64,000 nucleotides of DNA, from contig OY970262.1 of the NCBI GenBank assembly GCA_963715655.1, positions 2,565,236 through 2,629,235 on the forward strand. The letters run 5' to 3'. The notes under the pieces were generated by a model that searched no databases, had not been told where the DNA came from, and worked only from the letters and a program-made list of their open reading frames with translations. The translations under genes were made by a program, and so were the position numbers. This DNA comes from Schleiferiaceae bacterium. GTDB lineage: Bacteria > Bacteroidota > Bacteroidia > Flavobacteriales > Schleiferiaceae. Numbering within the stretch: position 1 is the stretch's first letter; each line of letters begins with the position of its first letter. Below, in pieces: positions 46,859-57,206 of this stretch.

Positions 46859-46933
46859 ATCCGTAGATAAGTAAAACTAGTTCTTTAGGTTTATTTTTAT
46901 CCGCCTCTAGCTTTTAATAATCTTAGTACGTGC

Positions 46934-48133
46934 TTAGTATAAAAACCCAAAAAGCCAAAGGGGAATTGTATTTCCAAAGCCTATTTCAATATCATCTTTA
47001 AGTATATAGGCTTGCTCAACACCTTTTATTTGTGTGCTGGTTTTCCCTTTCCCTCCTACTTCAAAGGTGTAGGTGTTATCTACCAAAAAATCCCCGGTTT
47101 TGGGTAGCGATATTTCTATATGCTTATTTATTAGTTGGTTCAGCAAAAAAGTTTCTCTTACAGAACCAACGTTGGGTAATTCCTTTAAGGCGTAAGCCAA
47201 ATTAGTATTTTCAAGATATACTTTATCCGGCTTTTGTAATAAGGATGAACCTTTGCCGGCAGCATGTAAAAGGTTTATTAACCGCGCTTCATCCAAATGC
47301 TTAAACCAAGCATATACAGAATCTCGGCTTACATCTAATTTCCTAGATAAGGCTGCAATATTTGGTTTAAACGGGGCTGAGTCTGCCAATAGTCCAAGTA
47401 GTCTTTTCACTTTATAAGCGGTGCTAGGCGTGTACAATTTTATATAAGCCAAATCAGAATCTAAAACCGTATTTATTACTTGCGATAGGATAAGGCCCAC
47501 TTCACTTTGAGGAATTTCTTGAATTATAGGTAAATAACCACTTTTAAGATAATGCTTAAAATGTGGTAAAGGGTGAAATTTGTCTAAAACAAGTTGAGCG
47601 TACTTCCTGTGATTACTTAGTACATCTGTAAAAGTAAAAATTGGAAAATCCTCTTTTGTGGCAAACCATAAATACTCTCGGAAAGATAACCCTGGTAAGT
47701 TATACGTTATTACCCTTCTACTTAAATCAGCCTCTCCTCGGTATATTTCTAACGCTGATGAGGATGAAAAAACCACTTTCATACTTGGAAAGCCGTCAAA
47801 AATATTCTTTAGTTCTCGCGACCAATTAGGATACTTATGTACTTCATCAATGTATAAATACTTACCGCCATTTTTGTAAAATTCATCCACGGTTTCAAAA
47901 AGCGTATGGTTATAAAACCAATGAAAGTCTGCAGTTACGTAGAGTGCTTCCTCATTTTCAGCACCATGTGCTTTTAGTAAATGTTGTAACAATAAAGTTG
48001 TTTTGCCCGCACCCCTAGGCCCTTTAATAGCAAGCATACGCTGCTCCCAATTTACCTGCTGATAAAATTGGCGTACGTAATTCAACTGCACATGTTTCAA
48101 TATACTGTCGTGATAAGAACGCAAAGCTTCCAT
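46934..48133 (-). CDS. AAA-superfamily ATPase with C-terminal DUF4143-type domain
   Basis: Walker A GPRGAGKTTLL and Walker B YLYIDEVH. ~400 aa, the architecture common to AAA_14/DUF4143 proteins. Confidence 0.75.
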   Translation of the reverse strand: MEALRSYHDSILKHVQLNYVRQFYQQVNWEQRMLAIKGPRGAGKTTLLLQHLLKAHGAENEEALYVTADFHWFYNHTLFETVDEFYKNGGKYLYIDEVHKYPNWSRELKNIFDGFPSMKVVFSSSSALEIYRGEADLSRRVITYNLPGLSFREYLWFATKEDFPIFTFTDVLSNHRKYAQLVLDKFHPLPHFKHYLKSGYLPIIQEIPQSEVGLILSQVINTVLDSDLAYIKLYTPSTAYKVKRLLGLLADSAPFKPNIAALSRKLDVSRDSVYAWFKHLDEARLINLLHAAGKGSSLLQKPDKVYLENTNLAYALKELPNVGSVRETFLLNQLINKHIEISLPKTGDFLVDNTYTFEVGGKGKTSTQIKGVEQAYILKDDIEIGFGNTIPLWLFGFLY

Positions 48134-48356
48134 TAAAATGTCTTTTTAAAACGACAAAAGTACTATAATTTTGTTTAGTACAATAGACGTTAATAAAAGC
48201 ATATCATTTTCAATGAGACCCTTTTATTGTTAATACAATGAAATTTAGGTTAGTTATAGGTTGTAAATCACAATCTTCTCTTTACAGTGCTAACAAGATT
48301 GAGAGCGAGTTAAGTCTTGCTAAATGGCTTTCATAGTCTTGAAACAAGGTTGAGTA

Positions 48357-49943
48357 TCAGTAAACCTCTACCTGCTTACTGAATGAACGATACTCGGAAA
48401 GAACGCGTATAACATAAATTCCTTTTGGCAAATTGCCAACGATTAATCGCGCTTTACCGTCCTTTACAGGTGCTGAGCTTAAAGCTGCTCCACGCATATC
48501 ATAAAGCATCGCCTCCCCTTCCAAAATATCTGTAGACAAAACATTAAAGAAAGAGCTACTCGGATTTGGATAAACCTGAAAACCGTTTCCTTCATCAACT
48601 AAATCTTCTTTTAAATGTATATCCCCTCCGCAAGTACTTTCTAGGCATCCAATACTATCTGTTTTAAACATCCATCCATGAAAACCAAACCTACCAGTAC
48701 CAGTAGTATCATCTTTAAACGTATAACCAGCGGCCACAATACCACCATCCAACGTATGTTTAATATCAATTAACCAGCTGTCGTTAGCTTTATTCGTTTG
48801 TCCTTCAATAGAATTATAATGTCTGTACCATTTAAATTTTAAATTTTCGTCTACACAGATTATGTAACTGTAATAACCATCTATTGGTATGGAACTTAAA
48901 CTCTTCAAATTCAAAAAATAACCGACACCGTAAAAATTACCATCTTTAAAGAAAGAGTTTGTTGATGTTAAGCTAATGGTGGGAATAGAAATTGAGCTAA
49001 CGGATTTAATATTTCCGCTTTTATCATCAACTTTTGCAAAGATGGGAGAAGCACGTACTTCAGGTATTAGGACACCTTGATAATTTTCATGTATAGTATC
49101 AACATACTCGGAATAATACAGTATAAACGTACTATCATTTACATATCCCACACTGCCGTACCCTTCGCTGCCGTTGTGTTTTCCACAACGCTTTTCCCAA
49201 AGCACATTGCCTTGTATATCGGTACGAATTAGCTTCACATCATTATTAGGACCACTGGTTAAAATTTCGTGCCTGTTGCTTATTAAATAACCACTTGCAT
49301 TGGGGCATTCATACACAAATATTCCATATTGACTGTATTGAGGCACATTAGTATCATAGCGCTTTTCCCATTCTTTGTTACCTAGGCTATCTGTTTTTAC
49401 TAAAAACGTTTCATAGCGATTACTGGCGGGTAAATAAGCAAAACCAGTGCATACAAAGCCTTTGTCTGATACTTCGGTAATCTGATATAAACCTCTTCTA
49501 TTTGTATCCTCAAAGACGTTATTATGCCACTTAACATTTAAATTATTATCAAGCTTCAATAATCCGTTAACCTTTATTCCTGAAGGCTTGTAATAGTAAA
49601 AAGAACAAATTAATCCAGAGTCTGAAGTTGAAGTTAAAGAAACGTGATTGCTAATGCCTAAATGAACAGAATCCAATCGAAAACTAAAAGTATCTATTAC
49701 CAGCCCACCCGCGTCTATCTTGATTAGTTTAATGTAATTCCATAAAGCATCAGACATTTCACTATATGTGAAGAAAGTGTGACCTAAAGGCTGAACACTT
49801 CTGCTTACTACCACTTCTCCGTAAAGCTTGTTAAATCCTTTAGCTTGTGCAATTATGGGGTTAGTATATGGTAACAAAAGAGTTACTAAAAGCAACCCTT
49901 TTGTTAGATTATTTGAAATTCTATTAATGGAGAAATTAATCAA
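48357..49943 (-). CDS. T9SS-secreted protein, paralog copy B (inverted duplicate of 6599-8188)
   Basis: The N-terminal ~270 aa (MINFSINRISNNLTKGLLLV ... NVLWEKR) and the C-terminal T9SS CTD (... VYPNPSSSFFNVLSTDILEGEAMLYDMRGAAL ... GIYVIRV) are near-identical to 6599-8188. The central ~130 aa are divergent. Confidence 0.8.
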   Translation of the reverse strand: MINFSINRISNNLTKGLLLVTLLLPYTNPIIAQAKGFNKLYGEVVVSRSVQPLGHTFFTYSEMSDALWNYIKLIKIDAGGLVIDTFSFRLDSVHLGISNHVSLTSTSDSGLICSFYYYKPSGIKVNGLLKLDNNLNVKWHNNVFEDTNRRGLYQITEVSDKGFVCTGFAYLPASNRYETFLVKTDSLGNKEWEKRYDTNVPQYSQYGIFVYECPNASGYLISNRHEILTSGPNNDVKLIRTDIQGNVLWEKRCGKHNGSEGYGSVGYVNDSTFILYYSEYVDTIHENYQGVLIPEVRASPIFAKVDDKSGNIKSVSSISIPTISLTSTNSFFKDGNFYGVGYFLNLKSLSSIPIDGYYSYIICVDENLKFKWYRHYNSIEGQTNKANDSWLIDIKHTLDGGIVAAGYTFKDDTTGTGRFGFHGWMFKTDSIGCLESTCGGDIHLKEDLVDEGNGFQVYPNPSSSFFNVLSTDILEGEAMLYDMRGAALSSAPVKDGKARLIVGNLPKGIYVIRVLSEYRSFSKQVEVY

Positions 49944-50162
49944 TGATTATTTCTTGCGTTTCGCTAATTAGTACTATTGTAAACACTCGATGCTAAAGAA
50001 GATTTCGGATAAACACTTCAGCAATTTCTGCATACAATGGTTTACCGCAGGCCCAAGCACATCAAACAATATAGCCTAACCTTCAAAAATAACCATTGGC
50101 ACATTATTGAAGAGAGCTTTGCGGCATTGAGATAAACGGTTAAAGTCTGAATTAAGTATTAC

Positions 50163-50918
50163 TTACTTCCCGCCATTCGCTCTCAAATCCGCTTTACATT
50201 GCGCATCTAAATCAGGTAAACTACCCATTAAATTACCCATAGCCGTTACAGAGTTTAGCGAAAAATACATCAAACAACTTTCTACATCGCAGTGTCCGGC
50301 ATGACCATTATCAGTATCTTCATGGTTATCAACCATAGGTGAACCAATGTTTACCAAGCCTAGTAAATGTCCCAATTCATGCTCATAAATGGCACTTGTA
50401 ACACGCTCTTCACTTGGACGTCCTAAGCCTCCACTATTGTCTTTTATAGTTTTTCCGAAGCATACAATGCTCGTGTTTTTATAAGCAATACCCAATGTTT
50501 TTACCGTGTCGTCATTTTCAACATAATCGCCACCCGCCATAAAAATATACATAGCCAAAGTACTTTCACTATTAAATTTTGTGCGGTATTGATCTTCTAT
50601 ACCTCTTATTTCATCTAAAGTATAACCCGCTTTTGCTGCGTCAGGAATTTGGCTTGCAACCACCTCTACCCCATTGGGCTTGTTGCAATATTTTAAGATA
50701 AATGCTTCTAAATTATCTAAAGCTCCTGCGGGTGGCGCAAAACCCGCTGGATATTGCACCTCTAGAACTACTTTGTTAAACGTTGCGGCTGTTAAAAAAT
50801 CTTTGGCACTACCTCCGGTATTTAGGTTATTTCCGGGTATTCCATTGTCTTCGTCATCGTCTTTACAGCCAACAAACAAAAAACTAATGGCCAAAAATGC
50901 GTACAGTAACTTTTTCAT
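50163..50918 (-). CDS. Putative zinc metallopeptidase lipoprotein (HExxH)
   Basis: Lipoprotein signal peptide with lipobox (LFVGC). HExxH motif in IYEHELGHLLGL followed by His/Asp-rich ligand candidates (DNHEDTDNGHAGH). Confidence 0.55.
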   Translation of the reverse strand: MKKLLYAFLAISFLFVGCKDDDEDNGIPGNNLNTGGSAKDFLTAATFNKVVLEVQYPAGFAPPAGALDNLEAFILKYCNKPNGVEVVASQIPDAAKAGYTLDEIRGIEDQYRTKFNSESTLAMYIFMAGGDYVENDDTVKTLGIAYKNTSIVCFGKTIKDNSGGLGRPSEERVTSAIYEHELGHLLGLVNIGSPMVDNHEDTDNGHAGHCDVESCLMYFSLNSVTAMGNLMGSLPDLDAQCKADLRANGGK

Positions 50919-50972
50919 ATTTAAATTTTATATAGCGTTATAACTAACCTACGTTAATAAGGTTTCATTCGG

Positions 50973-53600
50973 CTAACTTAGGCTAGCAATTTGCGTTTTC
51001 AACGCTTCAATTTTTTGTTCAGCATCCGCCATTTTCTTACGTTCAGCGGCTACTACTGCTTCAGGTGCATTATCTACAAAACGAGCATTACTAAGTTTTT
51101 TACCTACCGAATTAATAAACCCTTGCTGATACTCCAAGTCTTTATTTAACTTGGCTAGTTCCTCTTCCACATTTACATTTTCGGTAGCCGGCACAAATAG
51201 TTGGTGCGCTCCTGCCAAAAATGTAAAACCTTGCTCCTCTCCTATTTTATCCACCTTAATTTCGCTAACGTTGGCTAGCTTTTTAATCAACGCTTCAAAT
51301 TGAGTGGGAATCGCTTCTTGGGTAGCCGCTACTAAATTCATTTCCTCACGCGGACTTATACCTTTGCTTGCGCGGATACTGCGTACTCCATTTACTATGG
51401 CTTGCACTTGGTCAAAATCAATAAGTATTGATTTGTCAAACGTTGCTTGCGCAGGATACGTAGCTACACAAATGCTTTCGCCCTCTTTTCTTTCGGCTAG
51501 TTCATGCCAAATTTCTTCTGTTATAAACGGCATAAATGGATGTAACAGCAAACATACTTCTTCAAAAAACGCGAGTGTTTGTGCATATACTTCGCGTGAA
51601 ATTGGTTTTTGATAAGCTGGCTTTACCGCTTCTAAATACCATGAACAGAAATCGTCCCACACAAATTTGTATAAGGTCATTAAAGCTTCAGAAAGGCGGT
51701 AGCTATCATACGATGCTTCCAAGCTTTCCATTACCGCTTGCTTTCTATTATTCAGCCAATTAATAGCTGCTTGTGCGGCTTCATCAGCGGGAGTTTCTTC
51801 CAACTCCCACCCTTTTACCAAACGTAACGCATTCCAAATTTTATTGACAAAATTCCTACCCTGTGCGCACAAATCTTCATCAAAAGGTAAATCATTACCA
51901 GCCGGTGAAGTAAGCAACATGCCCACACGCACGCCATCGGTGCTATACTTTTGCATTAAGGTAATTGGGTCTGGTGAATTGCCTAAACTTTTAGACATTT
52001 TACGGCCTTGTTTATCGCGCACAATACCCGTTAAATACACCTTACTAAAAGGTTTTTCATCTCTAAATTCATACCCTGCAATAATCATTCGCGCTACCCA
52101 AAAAAATAAAATTTCCGGTGCTGTTACCAAATCTTGCGTTGGGTAGTAATAGTTTATTTCTTCGTTTTCCGGATTTCTTATGCCGTCAAAAACGGAAATT
52201 GGCCACAGCCAGCTAGAAAACCACGTGTCCAAAGCATCTGCATCGCGCTCCAAATCGGCCACAGCCAAATTTGCATTACCTGTTTTTTGCTTGGCTAAAT
52301 CCAGCGCTTCTTGTTCCGTTTCGGCCACCACAAAATCCTGGTCGCCCGCACCATAATACCAGGCAGGTATTTGATGCCCCCACCAAAGCTGACGCGAAAT
52401 GCTCCAATCGTGTACATTTTCCATCCAATGGCGGTAGGTATTCTTAAACTTTTCAGGAATCAAAGCCACTTCATCGTTCATAACTGCATCAAGGGCAGGT
52501 TTTGATAAGTCTTTCATACTCAAATACCACTGCTTGCTCAAGCGCGGTTCTATTACCGCACCCGTCCGCTCACTTGTGCCAATGGACGTTTTATATTCTT
52601 CCACTTTTAACATCAAGCCAGCTGCTTCTATGTCTTTTGAAATTTGCTTACGCACCACAAAACGATCTTTACCGACATATATTCCAGCATGTTCATTTAG
52701 CGTTCCATCTTCATTTAGCGAATCAATTATTTCCAACTTATGGCGGTCGCCAATGGCTTTGTCATTAACGTCATGCGCTGGTGTAATTTTTAAACAGCCC
52801 GTTCCAAACTCTAAATCAACATATTCATCTGCTATAATGGGCACCAAACGATTAACCACCGGCACTTGTACTTTCTTGCCTAGCAAATGCTTATAGCGTT
52901 CATCATTTGGATTTACGCAAACTGCCACATCACCAAAAATAGTTTCCGGACGTGTAGTTGCTACGTTTAAATATCCGCTGCCATCTTCAAACGCGTACTT
53001 TAAATAATACAGTTTTGCGTTTACCTCCTTGTGGTTTACTTCTTCGTCAGAAACGGTGGTTTTCGCCTCTGGATCCCAGTTAACCATTCGGTAGCCTCGG
53101 TATATTTTGCCTTTATTATATAAATCTACAAACACCTTTTGTACGGACTCACTACGTACTTCATCCATAGTAAATGCCTCTCTGCTCCAATCGCAAGAAG
53201 CACCTAATTTTTTTAGCTGTTGCAGTATAATTCCACCGTGCTTTTCCGTCCAAGCCCAAGCGTGGGTTAGAAATTCCTCACGGGTCAAATCAAATTTATT
53301 GATGCCTTCTTCCTTCAATTTAGCTACCACTTTTGCTTCGGTAGCAATAGATGCATGGTCTGTACCGGGCACCCAACAGGCGTTATATCCGCGCATACGC
53401 GCCCTTCTAATTAGTACATCTTGCAACGTATTATTAAGCATATGGCCCATGTGCAGTACACCAGTAACGTTTGGCGGAGGAATTACAATGGTATAGGGCT
53501 CACGCTCATCGGGTTTACTTTCAAAAAATTTTTGCTCTAACCAGTAGGCGTACCATTTATCCTCTGCCGTTAAATAATCAAAACTTGCGGAAATACTCAT
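50973..53600 (-). CDS. valS: Valine--tRNA ligase
   Basis: 875 aa with the HIGH-class motif ([16 protein letters not shown]), KMSKSLGN, and a C-terminal coiled coil. Confidence 0.95.
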   Translation of the reverse strand: MSISASFDYLTAEDKWYAYWLEQKFFESKPDEREPYTIVIPPPNVTGVLHMGHMLNNTLQDVLIRRARMRGYNACWVPGTDHASIATEAKVVAKLKEEGINKFDLTREEFLTHAWAWTEKHGGIILQQLKKLGASCDWSREAFTMDEVRSESVQKVFVDLYNKGKIYRGYRMVNWDPEAKTTVSDEEVNHKEVNAKLYYLKYAFEDGSGYLNVATTRPETIFGDVAVCVNPNDERYKHLLGKKVQVPVVNRLVPIIADEYVDLEFGTGCLKITPAHDVNDKAIGDRHKLEIIDSLNEDGTLNEHAGIYVGKDRFVVRKQISKDIEAAGLMLKVEEYKTSIGTSERTGAVIEPRLSKQWYLSMKDLSKPALDAVMNDEVALIPEKFKNTYRHWMENVHDWSISRQLWWGHQIPAWYYGAGDQDFVVAETEQEALDLAKQKTGNANLAVADLERDADALDTWFSSWLWPISVFDGIRNPENEEINYYYPTQDLVTAPEILFFWVARMIIAGYEFRDEKPFSKVYLTGIVRDKQGRKMSKSLGNSPDPITLMQKYSTDGVRVGMLLTSPAGNDLPFDEDLCAQGRNFVNKIWNALRLVKGWELEETPADEAAQAAINWLNNRKQAVMESLEASYDSYRLSEALMTLYKFVWDDFCSWYLEAVKPAYQKPISREVYAQTLAFFEEVCLLLHPFMPFITEEIWHELAERKEGESICVATYPAQATFDKSILIDFDQVQAIVNGVRSIRASKGISPREEMNLVAATQEAIPTQFEALIKKLANVSEIKVDKIGEEQGFTFLAGAHQLFVPATENVNVEEELAKLNKDLEYQQGFINSVGKKLSNARFVDNAPEAVVAAERKKMADAEQKIEALKTQIASLS

Positions 53601-53755
53601 TCTATAAGGGCTTAAAGTGCTAAATTACAAGCCGCCAAAGGTAGTAAACCGCATAACTTTACGTTGAGAATTTATGGCACATTTTTCGCTTTCTAAGTTG
53701 AAGTTTTTAATTATGGCGATAATCGCTTAAATTTGCACACCTTTAAAAAATACAA

Positions 53756-54214
53756 ATGATGAAAAAGTTATTAATGAGTTTAGGTTTAGTTGCTTTTGGA
53801 GCACTAACGGTAAGCGCACAAGCTACTAAGGAAGAAAATCCAAATTCTGCTGAAATCAACTTTACAGAAGAGACGATAGACTACGGTACTATTGAAAAAG
53901 GAGCGGATGGAACACGTGTATTTGTGTTTACAAACACCGGAAAGGAGCCTTTAATCATTACAAATGCGAAAGGTTCTTGCGGATGTACGGTTCCTACAAA
54001 ACCTAATGACCCAATTGCTCCCGGACAAAAAGGAGAAATCAAGGTAAAGTATGATACACAGCGCGTTGGACCATTTACCAAAACGGTAACAATTAATTCT
54101 AATGCTAAAACTGCCGTTAAAGTTTTACGTATTAAAGGAGTAGTTGAGGCACCGGCACCAGTAAAAACTTCTCCTGAAAAAGAAGAAGTTACTTCAGTTA
54201 TGATGAAGAAATAG
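53756..54214 (+). CDS. DUF1573-domain secreted protein
   Basis: Signal peptide plus the GSCGCTVP motif typical of DUF1573. Confidence 0.7.
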   Translation: MMKKLLMSLGLVAFGALTVSAQATKEENPNSAEINFTEETIDYGTIEKGADGTRVFVFTNTGKEPLIITNAKGSCGCTVPTKPNDPIAPGQKGEIKVKYDTQRVGPFTKTVTINSNAKTAVKVLRIKGVVEAPAPVKTSPEKEEVTSVMMKK

Positions 54215-54242
54215 GCAAAACGCCTTTTACCCTATACATTTG

Positions 54243-54274
54243 CAGTCCCGCTTTTTGCGGGACTGTTTTTTTTT
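54243..54274 (+). terminator. Rho-independent terminator
   Basis: cagtcccgc-ttttt-gcgggactg followed by ttttttttt. Confidence 0.7.
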
Positions 54275-54289
54275 GCCAAAATATTATTT

Positions 54290-55492
54290 ATGCCAGCAAT
54301 TTCATTAAAAGGGCAAACCATGCCCGAATCACCGATTAGAAAGCTAGGACCGTTTGCAGAAGCGGCTAAGTTTCAAGGAAAAAAGGTGTTTCATCTAAAT
54401 ATTGGTCAGCCCGATATTAAAACGCCACCAAAAGCAATAGAAGCAGTGCGTAATGCAAATCTTGAAATTTTAGAGTACAGCCCGAGCGATGGTTTTGTAT
54501 CCTATAAAAAGAAATTGGCTAATTACTACGCTTCGCATAATATTAATATTACAGCCGATGATTTAATTGTTACCACCGGTGGTTCAGAAGCAATTCTTTT
54601 TACGCTTAATTCCATTACCGATCCGGGTGATGAGATTATTATTCCAGAACCGTTTTATGCCAATTACAACGGCTTTGGTATAAGTTCTGGCGTTACGGTG
54701 GTACCGGTAACTTCTCGTATTGAAGATGAATTTGCTTTACCACCTATTGAAGATTTTGAAACGTTAATTACTCCGAATACAAAAGCAATAATGATTTGTA
54801 ATCCGGGTAACCCAACCGGCTATTTATACACGCTAGAAGAACTTGAAAAGCTGCGTGACATTTGCTTGCGCTATGATTTATTTTTAATTGCTGACGAAGT
54901 GTATAGAGAGTTTGCCTATGATGGTGCCAAACATTATTCTATAATGGGATTGGAAGGTATGGAGGAAAATGCTATTGTAATTGACTCTGTTTCTAAGCGT
55001 TACAGCATGTGTGGTGCAAGAATTGGCTGTATGATTACTAGAAATAATGCCTTAATTGCCACGGCTCAAAAATTTGCACAGGCAAGGTTAAGTCCGCCTA
55101 CAATGGCGCAAATTGCTGCTGAAGCAGCGCTTGATACCGATGCTAATTACTACGATGAAGTAAAAGAAGAATACCGTGAGCGTAGAGATATTTTGGTGGA
55201 TGGACTAAACTCTATTGAAGGTGTTTATTGCCCAAAACCAAGAGGTTCTTTTTACGCCATAGCGCAACTGCCGGTTGATAATGCGGAGCGTTTTGCGCAA
55301 TGGTTATTATCTGCTTTTGAAGTAGATAAAAAAACGGTGATGGTGGCTCCTGCCGAAGGGTTTTATGCCACTACCGGTATGGGGTTAAATCAAATCCGTT
55401 TGGCTTACGTATTGGAAAAAGACAAACTTAAGGAGGCCGTGGAACTATTGCGCCAAGCTCTATTGGTATATCCAGGAAGCCATAATAGTTAA
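54290..55492 (+). CDS. PLP-dependent aminotransferase, class I/II (aspartate/aromatic aminotransferase-like)
   Basis: Fold-type I features and a PLP-lysine motif (SKRYSMCGARIG). The true start may be the internal Met at ~54320 (MPESPIRKL). Confidence 0.85.
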   Translation: MPAISLKGQTMPESPIRKLGPFAEAAKFQGKKVFHLNIGQPDIKTPPKAIEAVRNANLEILEYSPSDGFVSYKKKLANYYASHNINITADDLIVTTGGSEAILFTLNSITDPGDEIIIPEPFYANYNGFGISSGVTVVPVTSRIEDEFALPPIEDFETLITPNTKAIMICNPGNPTGYLYTLEELEKLRDICLRYDLFLIADEVYREFAYDGAKHYSIMGLEGMEENAIVIDSVSKRYSMCGARIGCMITRNNALIATAQKFAQARLSPPTMAQIAAEAALDTDANYYDEVKEEYRERRDILVDGLNSIEGVYCPKPRGSFYAIAQLPVDNAERFAQWLLSAFEVDKKTVMVAPAEGFYATTGMGLNQIRLAYVLEKDKLKEAVELLRQALLVYPGSHNS

Positions 55493-56509
55493 ATGAATTT
55501 TAAGGAACACGTTTCATTAAAACCGTATAACACCTTTGGCATTAATGCTGAGGCTAAACTTTTTTTTGAAGCAAAAAGCTTAAGCGATCTCAAAGCTTTA
55601 TTAAATACTTCAACGTACAAACAGAACAAGGTACTTTGGCTAGGCGGTGGTAGTAATATGCTTATCACTCAAAATTTTGATGGCTTGGTGGTGTTGCTAA
55701 ATCTGAAAGGAAAAGAGCATCATATTGTTGATGATAAAGAGGTGGAACTATCGGTAATGGCCGGTGAAAATTGGCATCAACTGGTGCTACACACATTAGA
55801 AAATAATTGGGGCGGTTTAGAAAATTTATCGCTTATACCCGGCAATACAGGCACTGCACCCATTCAAAATATTGGTGCGTATGGGGTGGAACTAAAAGAC
55901 AGTTTTTATGCGCTTAATGCACTAGAATTGGCTACCGGAGAAATAAAGCATTTTACCAAAGCACAATGCAATTTTGGCTACCGCGATAGTTATTTTAAAA
56001 CCGAAGGAAAAGGAAAATATGTGATTACAGAAGTGTGCTTTAGGCTTAGCATAAAAAACCACCAATTACGTACCGAATATGGCGCCATTACCAATGCTTT
56101 GCAAGAAATGCATTTGGAACCTACTATTCAAAATATATCTAAAGCGGTAATTAGCATACGCCAAAGTAAGTTACCTGACCCTGCTAAAATTGGTAACAGT
56201 GGTAGTTTTTTTAAAAACCCGGTGGTAACAAAAAAACAAGCAGAAGATTTAAATAAAAAGTTTCCTGAATTGGCGTATTATCCTGTTGGAGAAAATGAAA
56301 CAAAGCTTGCGGCAGGCTGGTTAATAGAAAAAGCGGGTTTAAAAGGCTTTAGAAAAGGTGATGCCGGTGTGCATGAAAAACAAGCATTGGTTTTGGTAAA
56401 TTATGATAGCGCCACCGGAGAAGAAATTTTAGCCTTAGCGGAGCACGTAAAAAGCGTGGTATTTGATAAATTTGCAGTGCGCTTAGAAGCGGAAGTTAAT
56501 TTGATTTAA
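55493..56509 (+). CDS. murB: UDP-N-acetylenolpyruvoylglucosamine reductase
   Basis: FAD-binding N-terminus (LWLGGGSNML) and MurB C-terminal domain. 338 aa. Confidence 0.9.
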   Translation: MNFKEHVSLKPYNTFGINAEAKLFFEAKSLSDLKALLNTSTYKQNKVLWLGGGSNMLITQNFDGLVVLLNLKGKEHHIVDDKEVELSVMAGENWHQLVLHTLENNWGGLENLSLIPGNTGTAPIQNIGAYGVELKDSFYALNALELATGEIKHFTKAQCNFGYRDSYFKTEGKGKYVITEVCFRLSIKNHQLRTEYGAITNALQEMHLEPTIQNISKAVISIRQSKLPDPAKIGNSGSFFKNPVVTKKQAEDLNKKFPELAYYPVGENETKLAAGWLIEKAGLKGFRKGDAGVHEKQALVLVNYDSATGEEILALAEHVKSVVFDKFAVRLEAEVNLI

Positions 56510-56520
56510 AAGAAAGGAGT

Positions 56521-56739
56521 ATGCAGTTGTTTTTAATTTCGTTGGTATTAATAGGTTTAGCGTTTGCCGGAATTGCCATAAAAATTTGGGCGAAAAAAGA
56601 CGGAGAGTTTAGTGGCACTTGTGCCAGTAATAGTCCCTTTTTAAACGAGGAAGGTGAGTCTTGTAGTTTTTGTGGTGCTTCACCGGAAGAAAAATGCAAA
56701 AACCCTGAAGAAGCCAAAAAATTAAATACGGCTTCTTAA
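56521..56739 (+). CDS. Small Cys-rich membrane protein (72 aa)
   Basis: One TM helix (LFLISLVLIGLAFAGIAI) then Cys pairs (CASN ... CSFC ... C). It overlaps the convergent gene by 4 nt. Function unknown. Confidence 0.4.
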   Translation: MQLFLISLVLIGLAFAGIAIKIWAKKDGEFSGTCASNSPFLNEEGESCSFCGASPEEKCKNPEEAKKLNTAS

Positions 56740-57200
56740 AAGCTTCTAATTCTTAGTCGGTTTAAAAAAGCAACCAAATTATCAAACGCTTCAGGCGTTT
56801 CAAATCTTCCAATCACCGTTTTAGATTTTTCTTGATTTTCACCAAGTGTAACGGTTACTTTGGTAGTGGCTAAATCTGATAAGCCCGGGTTATCATAAAT
56901 ACTATCCAATTCAAAAAAAGCAGTTTTACGCAACATAAATTTTAAGGAATCAATTTCGGCTTGCGGTAAATCTGCCGGAATCATGCCTTCTTTAGGTAAA
57001 AAGCGAATGGCTTCTAGCGTAGCTTTTCCGGTATGGGCAATGTCTAAATTAAAAACAGGACAAGTACCAAAACAAGCACCCTGCTCCAATCTTAAACTAA
57101 AAACAGCTGCTTCTTTTTTAAGATATTTTTCGGGTTTTAATCCCGCGCAAGCGGAAAGCATTACGGTAAGCCCAAGCGCTAAAAAAAACTGACTCTTCAT
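56736..57200 (-). CDS. Hypothetical lipoprotein
   Basis: Lipoprotein signal peptide with lipobox (LSAC). 154 aa. Confidence 0.5.
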   Translation of the reverse strand: MKSQFFLALGLTVMLSACAGLKPEKYLKKEAAVFSLRLEQGACFGTCPVFNLDIAHTGKATLEAIRFLPKEGMIPADLPQAEIDSLKFMLRKTAFFELDSIYDNPGLSDLATTKVTVTLGENQEKSKTVIGRFETPEAFDNLVAFLNRLRIRSF

Positions 57201-57206
57201 CTTCTA

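Noticed and set aside
51304-53496. Several plus-strand ORFs inside valS
   Set aside because: Antisense to an unmistakable 875-aa ValRS gene.
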